From positions 176,948,001 through 177,012,000 of the forward strand of contig NC_042997.1 in the NCBI RefSeq assembly GCF_006345805.1: a DNA stretch of 64,000 bases, written 5' to 3'. Below are positions 1 through 11,590 of the stretch, in pieces. Every line of letters starts with the position of its first letter. Position 1 is the first letter of the stretch. The stretch is from Octopus sinensis (taxonomy: Eukaryota). The position numbers and the translations under genes are program-made. Under the pieces are notes generated by a model. It searched no databases. It was given only the letters and a program-made list of their open reading frames with translations, and was not told the origin of the DNA.

Positions 1-32
1 ATAGTGGAAACAATACTACATTCATTCTTTCA

Positions 33-99
33 TACATACATGCATACATACACACACATACATACATACATACATACATACATACATACATACATACTT

Positions 100-140
<41 letters not shown>

Positions 141-366
141 GACACACACACACATATAGACACATGTATATATCTGTATATATATATATTTATATATATA
201 CATATACATACATAGACATATATGCATATACATAAATAGATATGCATATATATACATATAATTATATATATACACACATACACATACATACATACATACA
301 TACATACATACATACATACATGCATGCATAGATACATACATACACATATATACATACATACATACA

Positions 367-402
<36 letters not shown>

Positions 403-404
403 TA

Positions 405-458
<54 letters not shown>

Positions 459-500
459 TACATATATACATATATACACATATATACATATATACACTCA
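33..500. repeat. compound microsatellite (TACA)n/(CA)n/(TA)n
   Basis: Direct reading of tandem units; explains ORFs 30..497, 98..391, 262..519, 324..527. Confidence 0.97.
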
Positions 501-1719
501 CACACTGTAAAGAAAACAAATGTTTAATCAGCCTCCTTCAATTCTTTGAAATGACTGAGACTATCAGTTTGAAATAGAAATAATTGTTAAGCGGACGATG
601 CCAATCTTTTGAATGGGAAAATTCTTTATAAACTTGTTGCTTAAATTTCATTATCTTCGCGTGCATGCGTGTATTTGTGTGTGTGTGTATGTGCATCTTT
701 GTGTGTGTGTGTGGGCGTGAGTCATGATTAAACCATTCTACTTGCTTCCAAACTCTTTCACTAAAACTGTATAATTTAAAAATATTTTACCCGAAAGAAG
801 CGGCGGTTATATGCGGTAATATTGAAAACTAAAATAACGGGTTTATTGATAAATCGTTCTATGAATTTACTTTGTTCGTATTAGAAAGCATATAAGTACT
901 GTTTGATTAGAACAGTTGATCATTAGACTAAAATTCCTTGTGCTGTTATTTTACGTTCTGAGATAAAATTTCACGGTCGTGATGATGGTGGTAGTAAGTG
1001 CTGGTTCAGCTTTCAGCTTCCAGGCGTCGATAAGATGATATACCAGTTAAATACTGGTGTCATTTCAATCGATTATTCCAGCCGGCCAAATTTATAGCTT
1101 TGCGCAAATGTTAAAAAAAAATCGATATCAGAAAGCATATATGAGTATCAATATATTTAATATACAAAACAACGTTAAGAAGCTCAAGTGAAGTAAAATG
1201 CGTCGTGACAAACAAAAAGAAAAAATCTTTTTCATGATTCCATTGATGACTGTTAAAAGTAAAAAAGAAAATAAAGGCAAAAACCCCTAGCATAAATATG
1301 TCCCGAGTTGTCATCCGTACTTGTTGGATGTTGGAAAAATGAAAAATGAATGTCATCGACTACTGCTTTTTTTTTCCCATCGCATATGTTATTTTTGTGT
1401 AGCTTTTTAATGCAGAATGTATTATATATATGCTGACATTCACTCAGCAACTGTTTGTATTAGACGGATAATGCCTTAAAAATATTCAGCTCTAAATAAT
1501 AGGACGTGCTAGGTTTTTGCATTTTAAAACAGAGAATGCTGTTTTGCTGCATTGTCGGTCATCTTTAGCGTAACAGAAAGAGGAAAACCAGATCTGACAA
1601 TTGTTTTTGTGAGTAACAGTTACCAAACAGCTTTCGGATTTGTTTACAAGAGCCAGTCAATTCTGTATCGCATAACAACTTTTTATAAAATTCTCTCGCA
1701 GTTCTGCTTAATATATTCT

Positions 1720-2062
1720 TTCTAAATTTGGCACCAGGGAGGCAGATTGTCAATTACATCGATCCCAGTATTTAAATGGTACTTTATTTCATCGATGAAA
1801 GGCAAAGTTGGCCTCGGTGGGATTTGTGTTCAGAACGTAGAGTCAGTAGTAATGAAGTTAAGCATTTTGTCCAATACATTAACGATTCAGCTGGTTCACT
1901 ACCTTAGTTCCACTTATAATATTGATTTCAAATTTTGGCACAAGGTCAGCAATATTGTGGGTGGGTGTAAGTCGATTATATCAACCCCAGTCCTCAATTG
2001 GTACTTATTTGATAGAAGGATGAAAGGCAAAATCGACCTCGGTGGAATTTGAAATCAGAACA
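1720..2062 (-). mobile_element. two decayed fragments of SINE family A (tRNA-derived, octopus-type)
   Basis: Matches the family A body in reverse (gatgaaaggcaaagtcgacctcggtggaatttgaa.tcagaac) at ~1720-1870 and ~1928-2062. Confidence 0.7.
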
Positions 2063-2065
2063 TAT

Positions 2066-2672
2066 TTTTTTTCTACTTTAGGCACAAGGCCCGAAATTTT
2101 TGAGGAGGAGGCCAGTCTATTAGATCGATCCCCAGTACGCAACTGGTACTTAATTTATTGACCCCGAAACCATAAAGGCAAAGTCGACCTCGGCGAAATT
2201 TGAACTCAGAACGTTAAGACAGACGAAATACTGCTAAGCATATCGCCCGGCGTGCTAACGTTTCTTATTTCTTTATTGCCCACAAGGGGCTAAACATAGA
2301 GAAGACAAACAAGGACAGACAAAAGGGTTAAGTCGATTACATCGACCCCAGTGCATAATTGGTACTTATTTAATCGACCCCGAAAGGATGAAAGGCAAAG
2401 TCGACCTCGGCAGAATTTGAACTCAGAACGTAGCGGCAGACAAAATACCTATTTCTTTACTACTACAAGGGCCTAAACACACAGGGGACAAACAAAGACA
2501 GACAAACGGATTAAGTCGATTACATCGACCCCAGGACGTAACTGGTATCGACCCCGAAAGGATGAAAGGCAAAGTCGACCTCGGTGGAATTTGAACTCAG
2601 AACGTAACGGCAGACGAAATACGGCCACGCATTTCGCCCGGCGTGCTAACGTTTCTGCCAGCTCGCCGCCTT
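2066..2672 (-). mobile_element. SINE family A head-to-tail trimer
   Basis: One full head (aaggcggcgagctggcagaaacgttagcacgccgggcg at 2672 leftwards), three bodies, tails tail-1/tail-1/tail-2; junctions at 2448/2449 and 2263/2264. Confidence 0.9.
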
Positions 2673-3199
2673 AATACACTATATCATTACTTACATTATT
2701 GTATTGTTTTCACATTTTTTGTCATTAAGCAGTTGATTTTAAGTGTAAGCAGATATAATATGATGGAAAACATCTCTTGTCACTCTTGCGTCAACGAAAT
2801 CATTTAACTGGTTTGAAATATTGGCGAGCTATCACTCGAATGGCATCCCTCAATCTTAGAAAAGTTTGCTTGATTAGAGCTAAACTAGAGGCTTATCAAC
2901 ATTACTCTTTATAATACTCCTGAAGTTAGATTTTGCTGAACTCTAACTACATATAGTAGAAGCCAAAGCCAAGCTGGAAACTCTCTTATCTCAGCAAAAT
3001 GTTATAAAAGAATTAAGAAAGGAAATGGAAATTGTTATTACTTCTCAGTTGGTTGTCAGGAGTAATTAGCAATCGTTTCATTTAACTATTTTTTAAAAAG
3101 TGGAGGATTACACAATTACAGAATTTAAAAAGTGTAATTTTAATTATAATTATACTCTTATTATATTATTACTCATACAATTATTTACTTTACAACAAA

Positions 3200-3850
3200 A
3201 TGGGTTTAATTTCACTTTTGTTTTCCTTGTGTAAAACACACCTGTCGTGAGGTCGTTTCTGTTGTGGTTGTTCATTGATGCTTGTGGAGAATGAAAATGT
3301 CTTTCTAGGGCTGCGCGTAAAATGATAACACGAACAATTAGCAAAAGTTTTATTTACTGCACATGTTTTCTGTGATGGTCTCAGGAAGGACAATAAAAGC
3401 AACAATTTGTAGACACCGGGAGAGACATAAAACTGGGGTCTACGACAAAATAACTGGTACGTATCAATCTGTGACTAGCCCATCACAACTGGGAAATCAT
3501 CATGCTAAATTCATGACAAAAACGTCTGCACGGCTGGTGAATAGAAAATGAGAAAGGTGTCACAGAAACCGTCTCAACATTCTGAAGTTACCGCCAAAAT
3601 CCACCTTTTCTAAGACTTATTAGAAGGTTACAGAAAGTCGAATCACGGGATGGCTTGACGATGATTGTTCGTTTAATCAGCCGATCACATGAAACGATAG
3701 TGATTTCAATGTTGCATCCACATGGCTGTCCAGCGATTCGGTTTCGAAATTGCTGCGCACCTTTTACAATCTGCGTTTTCTGTTTCTGTTGTGGCCTCGG
3801 AAAGAATGGCTCTTCTAATTTATTAAAGGTTCGTGATTGACACAAGACTC
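3200..3850 (-). mobile_element. possible highly decayed Tc1-like transposase relic
   Basis: Fragmentary motifs across frames (NRWTAMWMQH, EKVDFGGNFRM, PQASMNN) resemble Tc1 W..V.FSDE / FGG.SVMVW / C-terminal helix; many stops. Confidence 0.3.
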
Positions 3851-5610
3851 CCAGAATTGAATGGAAATGCTATAATCTATTGAACCAACTCCAGTGTATT
3901 TCTAACACTTCTTTTACTGACTTAAACGCATACAATAAGTCATTCAGACAAGATCTCTACTGTTTCTTCAACTTCCTCGCCATTTTTCTTTCCTAAATAG
4001 CTAGGCATCTACTCTGCTTCAATGCCGCTTCCTAGGCTTTCTAGTTAAACTATTGACGGAAATCGAATCTTGCATATCTTGTTTGCTCAAGCAAATATAT
4101 TAACCATTATATTGCATGAGAATCGCACTATGGTTACTATATGTTCCTGCTTTTTTCCCCACACAATCAGGAGCGTTTACAGAAGAAATTTATTGTCTAA
4201 ATTAAATAGTGATTCTCTCTTTCTCTTTCTCTCACACACTCACTCACTCACTCACTCACTTACTCAAGGATTCAGAGAGTTTTCCTATCTTCGCGTTACT
4301 GAAATATTAAACGAACAAGAAGTAAACCACTTTCTGATTCATGAGAAGTAAATGTCTCTCAGGTGTCTTTTGTTAAAAAGAAGAATTGAATTTGGCATCC
4401 CAAGCTAATTAAATACTGGCCAATTATACAACAGCAAACCACACTACCTAACAATAACATTTTTAAAAAAGAAGTTAGTCACACGAAGAGGCGGGACAAT
4501 GCCCATGGATTCGTGCTGATTCTTCTATATTTGCGAACTTGATAGGGAGAATGTATATAGGAAAAATGTGGTCGGAGAGGTAAAGCAAAGTCTGGTCCAA
4601 TGGCTGGTGGATAGGCCATTAAGAGTTTAGCAAATCTGTTATGAAAACAATACAGTGCTGAGTAATAAAATACGAACTTCACGTCGTTCGGTTGAATGTC
4701 CGGTGCCATATCCTTTCGAATATCGGGCGAGCAAATAGTTAGACGGCCGATAAAAGACAAAAAAATAATCGAGTGTGATCTCATTTAGGAAATAGCAATT
4801 CTTATTTTGTAATATCTTCCAGTTAAATAATACACGTCCAACTATTTTGTCCTTGGTTAACAAAGATCTAAGGAAACACATATGAAACTTATCAATTATA
4901 GTTACCTCAAGGATAGTACATTTTTAAGAATTCATATCCTGGAAATTGTGTACGAATATATATGAACGCTATTGTTTATCTACTGGGAATTCTCTTCAGA
5001 AATTAATACTGATGTATGGAAAAATAAAGATTTGGCTTAGCTTGCGTTATGAGGGGAATTCAAACATCTGATGGAAATGGTAAGTCATTGATCAGAAGAA
5101 ACATTTTCATAAGGAATGAATGCATAAGTAGTATAGCCTAACACTAGTGAAGTTTTGTATCTGAGAAAGAAGTAATAGAATATAAAGAAATTATTTTTAA
5201 TGCGAGACAGTGTTCTCCAGAAAGAAGGCTGTCACTCCGAACCAAATACGATTAAACTAAAAAATTCCGTTATTATCGTATTGGTCCCAATTTCAGAGTT
5301 AATTCATAAGAATTTTCTCCTCGTCAGCGATAAATACGGTAAAAATAAATGAAATACTTACTTATACCCATGGAAGACAACTTAATTTTAGAAATTTATG
5401 TCGGCTTACATCGAGACGCGTGCTTATAGTGATAAATTATATGGTTATTGACGATTTGTCTATTTTCGGCATATTTGGCATTAGAAATTTTTTTCTTTTG
5501 CCCTTGTTTATAAATTAAACCTTTAAAGGTATTTTTTAATATGCTGGCCATTGATAGAATTTTTTTCGAAAATTTTTTATCCTATATTAGATGTAAGTTT
5601 AACAGTGTTC

Positions 5611-5783
5611 ACTTCCGGATTCCCACTCTATGAGAGTTTTCTAGAATGTTCGAGACCTTTCTCGAAGCTCCCGGTTTACGTGGAAGTCGGGGACTTCCGG
5701 TTCATCTCTTATATAAAGGACAAAAATTCTAAATTCGCGCCACTCCGTGTCTGTCTGTGTCTGTCTAGGACGGCATTGAGTCA
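5611..5783 (+). promoter_or_regulatory. heat-shock-type core promoter: HSE + ETS sites + TATA + Inr + AP-1
   Basis: HSE GAG-tt-TTC-ta-GAA-tg-TTC-ga-GAC-ct-TTC-tc-GAA at 5634-5666; ACTTCCGG at 5611 and 5693, GGAAGT at 5682; TATATAAA 5710-5717; Inr-like CCACTCC with A at 5742 (32 nt from the TATA T); TGAGTCA 5777-5783; local CpG enrichment. Confidence 0.8.
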
Positions 5784-5798
5784 AAGCGCCGCACTTAC

Positions 5799-5843
5799 AC
5801 TCGTTCGCGCACACATTCGCCTTTCTTACTCGGAGACATGTGA
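5799..5843 (-). CDS. candidate 45-nt exon (VTCLRVRKANVCANE in phase 1)
   Basis: Acceptor gtgttctgtttgcag| and donor |gtaagt; symmetric phase 1 and open; overlaps the 5' region of the plus-strand promoter, so it may be chance. Confidence 0.25.
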
Positions 5844-6072
5844 CTGCAAACAGAACACTTCCTGTAATGTTATAAGCTTTCCTTCAATTATCTTTGTATG
5901 TTAACTCATTACCTCCAGTAATAAAAGTTATGACTTATTACAAACGTTTCGCGAATTTCTATTTTCTTATTGTTACGAACAAGATGGTGACCCCTCTTTC
6001 TCACATACTGGCTAAATTGTAGTGTGTCATTAAGTCTATGTATAACTATAAGACGGATAACCCCGACAGCAC

Positions 6073-6074
<2 letters not shown>

Positions 6075-6106
<32 letters not shown>

Positions 6107-6470
6107 TGTATGTATGTATGTATGTATGTACGTAGGTACGTACGTATGTATGTATGTATGTATGTATGTATGTATGTATGTATGTATGTATGTATGTATG
6201 TATGTATGCATGCATGTATGTAGGTATGTATGCATGCATACATTCATACAGAACAGGCAGGCAGACGGACGGACGACCGACAGACAAATAGATAGATAGA
6301 TAGAGAGAGAAAGAGAGAGATGGATGGATGGATGATGGAAAGATAGATAGATAGATAGATGTGTGTATGTATGCATGTAGATATGTATGTATGTATGCAT
6401 GCATGTATGTATGTATGCATGTATGTATGTATGTATGTATGTATGTATGTATGTATGTATGTATATATGC
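6075..6470. repeat. compound microsatellite (TATG)n/(GACG)n/(GATA)n
   Basis: Direct reading. Confidence 0.97.
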
Positions 6471-7369
6471 ATATATTGCTTATTCTGATTCTACTTGAAA
6501 ACATCAGAATTTCTAGCTCTCAAAACTGATGATATTCAGCATGGCCTTCATGGTAACAAGTTCAGCGATTCGAATACAATGCCTTAATTTTTATGGCCTC
6601 GAATCAACTTTTAGTAGGTGCCAATGTTATTTTACGTTTTAGCTTAACTGCGGAATTAAAGGCATAGAAAAAAACAAAAAAAAGCAAAAAAAAACTAAAA
6701 CGTTTGTCATAGATCGAAAATAGTTTATATCACACGGGTACCATAGATGCATATTTTATTAAAAACTGAAGCTTCTATCGCTGTCGTGTTTGCGTTGAAG
6801 CTTATGCAATTATTAATATTACATACTTGTTTCTTTGGTAGCAAAACTGCACAGACATTAAACATACCCATTTCTGAAACGGTTTGGAAGAGCACATTAG
6901 AAAATATACTCCTAAATACACTGGCTGAATAGAATCAGAAATAGTGAACAAATATCTCTGCAATTACTCACTGTCTGTAATAGAATGAACTACGTTTTGG
7001 ATTACGAAATTAACTGAAATTAAGATTATATACGTATGCTTGTATCAGTGTTGGGGTTAAAATTTAAAAGGAAGTGGTTCTTTCTTTCACTTCCTAAGTT
7101 GTTGTCTATGAAATCAGGAATCACCCCTACGTCTTATTTTACATACCTTATTTTTGTGGATGAAATAGCAAGATATAAAATACAAACAATGAAAAACATG
7201 CAAACATACAAGTAACGATGGTTTTTATATAAGATACTTTTATTAATCACGCTTCAAATATTTCCATATTGAAATTTGATTTTCTTTGTATTTTTTGTTG
7301 GTTGTATGTTTTACTATATTTCGTCACAGTGTGATTCCACCCACCCCAATCACTTTTACGTTTCTATCT

Positions 7370-9400
7370 GAATCCATACTATCCTTTGTAACGGGAGGCT
7401 GATCAAATTGTTCACCATTAGATTTACCATATTTTTTTTTTTACTTCAAGGGGATTCCTTTTATCAGAATATATAAGATTCATAATCGAAAATCCTCCTT
7501 CTGTGTCTGTAGGACATACACCTATGTTATTAACGATATATATATATTCTTTAACTGTTATTTTCAGCATATTACTGGAAATAATTGATTGACACAGTTC
7601 TTATGCTGTATTTGCTTATAGAATTCATGTAAATTTTCTTCCGCTTTTTTCCAGAAGACAGTATCAATATTCTAAGAATCTGGGCTCATATTAACCAATT
7701 CATGAACTCTGTTAGCTTCTTGGGCATAATTTCGTGAGTTTATAATATCACCATCCGTCAATCTTTAAAGAAATGGCTTCATCTGTATTTCCTTTCATAG
7801 ATATTTATTTTCTCTTTATGCATTTTAACAAAACTGATTGAACTCTTCATCAATTTTTCAGCATGTGGTTGTTTGAAATTTCTTTTGTGAAGAGCATATG
7901 GCAGTGAAAAAAAATTTTCATGGGCATCTGTCATGATGCTTAATTCTTCCAGAAAATACTTGAGGTGAATACGGTTGGGCGTTCTTGTATATTTAAAAAA
8001 AAATTCAAACAATGCTGGATAAACACGCTATATGCAACTGTTGATCTAAGGCTGCAAGGAGCTTACCCAGGGTCGAAATTCTACCAATCTTTAAGAGTTC
8101 TAATCCAAGTTATTCTGAACTTTTAATAAGTCCCATCCTATATATTTCATTAATAAATATCTTAAAGTGTTTTATATCTTTGATGGAGTGATCCAAAATC
8201 ACTTTTATGTTTTAGCACTCTCTCCTGAATTCTTGCCAAGCTGGCTACATTGGAACAAAATCCCACTAGGTGATTATTTAGATATTCATAATCATGTCCT
8301 CCAAAATGAAGTCTTTGTAATTCAAAAATGTAATTTCTGCATCTCGTACTTTCAGATCAACAATATTAAGAAAAAAAAAAAGTGGCGGAAAATCACTATC
8401 TTCAACGTTCACACAAAGGATCATAGCTAGTTGACTTAAAATAGTTGAAGCCTCATTGGTGTCAGCGTACTTTTGAGTGTTGTTGAATTATTTTCGTAAA
8501 TACTTCGTTTTTAATTTCCTTCTCAAGGTGATCAATATTTTAACAGCTGTCTTGCGAGAATGAAGTCCTGCTCCCATATCTAATCCATGTTTTTTGCTTG
8601 TAGTTCAGTATCAGCTTCAGTATCCAGAATGACCTGTTTCATTTTGCTATATTGCAGACAGCATTAAGTGTTTTACTCAAAGTGCTTGTATATATTTTTT
8701 ATTTAATTTGCTGATGTATCTCAGGCAATATCGTTATGACATAATATAAATAAATATAAAAAAAAGATAGCAGGATAACGCCGTTAGTAGGAGAGGTTAG
8801 GAAGGTAAAGGAGGAGGATGAAATATTGTAACTGATTAAATCAAGAGAAGTTAAGTAGAGAGAAGTTAAAAGTTATTTAGGAACAAGGCAAGAGAAGGTG
8901 AAAAAGTAAAAAAAGTGAATAAATTGGAATAATAAAATTGAAAAAGTATGAAAAACTGAAGCATTTTATTTTTCATTTATACCATCATACTTTTTTGTGA
9001 CTGCAACTTTTTCGCGTTCTTTCAATTACATTACACATATACAATGTACTTTTAATGAAAAATAGACGTTCATTATTTTTCTAAGAGATGCAAACTGGCC
9101 GACTTTATTTGTTTACGATACTTCATAATTTCAGATTTTCTATAAAGCGTCGATTCTTTTAATGCTCATGCACTCAAGTTTGGCGCCGTGATCACAGCCA
9201 ACTTTCTTGTTGATAATTTTTTATAGTCTTAGGAGTTTCATGACATATTAACTTTGGATTTTTATGTTCAATCAATTCTTACTTCAAACGGTTATAATTT
9301 TCAGAAGTTGCTAACGATTTTTTTCATCCTGTTCTTGTTTCGAACAAATTTTTGGAATTTTTCTCAGAAAGTTCATATTTTTCTGTTACTTTATCGAAAG
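7370..9400 (-). mobile_element. decayed hAT transposase, KIAA1586/ZNF862-like
   Basis: Ordered motifs over frameshifts: KKVGCDHGAK; ASLRKIMN; IAK*NRSF; DMGAGLHSRKTAVKI; TNEASTILSQLAMIL (DEST motif); NNHLVGFCSNVAS (LVGFxSDGA); WVSS..YPALF; CPTDTEGGFSIMN (dimerisation domain). Confidence 0.85.
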
Positions 9401-9937
9401 AGTCCAATCTGTAAGTAAACGTGAAAATATTCAATGCCACATATACAGTCACGATAAATTATAATTATCAATTATTGAACGAATCTTCTTTTCATGCTGA
9501 ATTGACAGAAGAAAATATATAGTTACATAGCTTCATGCAAAAGCCATTGTTGCTTTTTTGATGTTTGTTGGTTAAGTTAGAATACAACACACGAATTACA
9601 AGCCACAAAATGAATAGAATGGTTATTATGGTGATTGTTTGCTAAATTTATTAATGGTAAAATACAAGTAAAATAAGCAGTTTAAAAATTTACTCGTGAC
9701 CAAATATAAATATAAATATCAATAATCATCTAAAAATACGAACAAAATCTATCAAATATTTAGTTAGAGAAAATATTGTAAGAGATCTGATAAAGAAGTT
9801 TTTTTAAAATTCCCCTTGAAGAATCAGATATGTTGAAAAATATTTCAGCGGGTTCTCATTAAAAAACTAAAATGAGATTAGAAAAAGAAACACAAGTTCT
9901 TATAAGGAATTAAAAGTAAAACAAAGGGAAAAGAATC

Positions 9938-10302
9938 TGCGTGGAGTAGTGGTTAAGGTATTGCTCTCTCGATCGCCAGATCGTGGGTTCGATTCCTGGA
10001 CTGGATGGTGTGTTGTGTTCTTGAGCAAAACACGTCCTTTCACGTTGCTCTAGTGCAGTGTGGGAACCGGTATGTCAAAGAATAGTCCCAGCATTTCCCG
10101 TGCGTGTCGTAAAATCGACTAAAAGAGGTTGAATTAGGATTTGTACTCTTACCTCGTGAAATTCTCACCAGCAACGACTACCCAAGCAACCAATGGGTTG
10201 GAGGGTTGTCGCCTGAGTGATGCAAAGGCGTCATCCACATGGAGCAGGGAATCACCATCAAATGGTGGATGCAGCGTCATGCTGTTATAGCGTATTTCTC
10301 CA

Positions 10303-10332
<30 letters not shown>
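9938..10332 (+). mobile_element. tRNA-derived SINE with CORE-like segment, distinct central domain and (TAC)n tail
   Basis: A-box-like tggagtagtgg, B-box gttcgattcc, ttcttgagcaaaacac CORE-like segment, cccgtgcgtgtcgtaaaatcgactaaaag, ends in (tac)n. Confidence 0.75.
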
Positions 10333-10334
<2 letters not shown>

Positions 10335-10727
10335 ATCTTCAATGGAGATTCGTCTAATGAAAAATTTATTTGTATTTTAATGGTTGGTTTTACAGTTGAA
10401 TGTTAGAAAAAGCACTGGTAGACAAAGAAATTCTGAGTATTGTTTTGGAAATTTCAAAGTAAAATTTGTACATGGCAAAAATATTAATAATAAATGTATA
10501 ACAAGTAGATAACAATAAGTATATATAAAAATAAAACGTGATAAAAATGAATATATTAAATACGACCAAAAAGAGTTGAAGTAGGATTCGCACTCCGAAC
10601 CCGTAAAACTCTCACCATTATAAAACAAGAAGAAAGATATAGTTTTTCAGCACCTAAATACTGAACAGTTTATATAAAGGATAAAATCCTTTTAAGAGCA
10701 GAAAAATTTGCTCTTAAAAGGATTTTA

Positions 10728-10930
10728 GGATCTTTTCCTTTTAAACGGCAAGTCGAGAAATGAATTTTTTGTGACTAAACACTTTCAAACTTCGGACACT
10801 GGTAGAATGTGTCATATAAAACATATTTTACTCTTAGCGTTTTTGAGAAAAGTTTATATTTACGAAGTTATTTTGTGTTAAAGTTGTCGTATTTCGGTAA
10901 TTTCAACCAATCAATGACGTGTATTCTGTA
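10728..10930 (+). repeat. unclassified interspersed repeat (GGATCTTTTC-terminal family), copy 1
   Basis: Shares ggatcttttc...aaacttcg.a.actggtagaatgtgtca...aaccaatc with 23681-23930 and 25575-25830. Confidence 0.7.
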
Positions 10931-11308
10931 TATACATACATAGAAACAAGAGACGGGATTACCATTACGTAATTCCACCTTATTTTGTAACCATTCCATT
11001 TAATTTCAACAGGTGATATTCAGTCATGTTTATTATTATCATATATATATCATAATACAGGATAAAACCATTAAAGATTCTATCAGTGGCAAGCATATAA
11101 TACAGACCTATTAAGGTGAATTCTATATAGAGATTTATAATAGTATAAAATACAATTATAATTAAAAGCATATAAGAGACTATGCCTATGCTGAAAATAG
11201 ACGCCAACTATTCAAACCACTTAAAAATTATCACTTTTACAGTACACTTTGAGTACACGTTGTGCACTCTTCTATGCCCTTAATTATAATTGTATTTTAT
11301 ACTATTAT

Positions 11309-11351
<43 letters not shown>

Positions 11352-11519
11352 CAGTTCCCGTCTACCAAATTTACTCATAAGGGATTGGCTTGCCTGAACT
11401 ACTGTACAAGATACTTACTCAAATGTACTCTTCAGTGTGACATGTTGCAGTATGAGCTTTTTAACCACATAACCATTCTGTAAGGAATTTTTAAAGATTT
11501 GGTCAATAGTAATTTTGTA

Positions 11520-11539
11520 TACATACATACATACATACA

Positions 11540-11585
<46 letters not shown>

Positions 11586-11590
11586 CACGC
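11520..11590. repeat. (ATAC)n microsatellite
   Basis: Direct reading. Confidence 0.95.

Noticed and set aside
4480-4900. GC-richer block with gaggcggg and ccaat as a promoter or exon
   Set aside because: Short motifs only, no TATA/Inr spacing, and stops in all frames
5742-7300. hsp70/hsp90/small HSP coding sequence behind the HSE
   Set aside because: No ORF or exon with Hsp motifs was found in any frame
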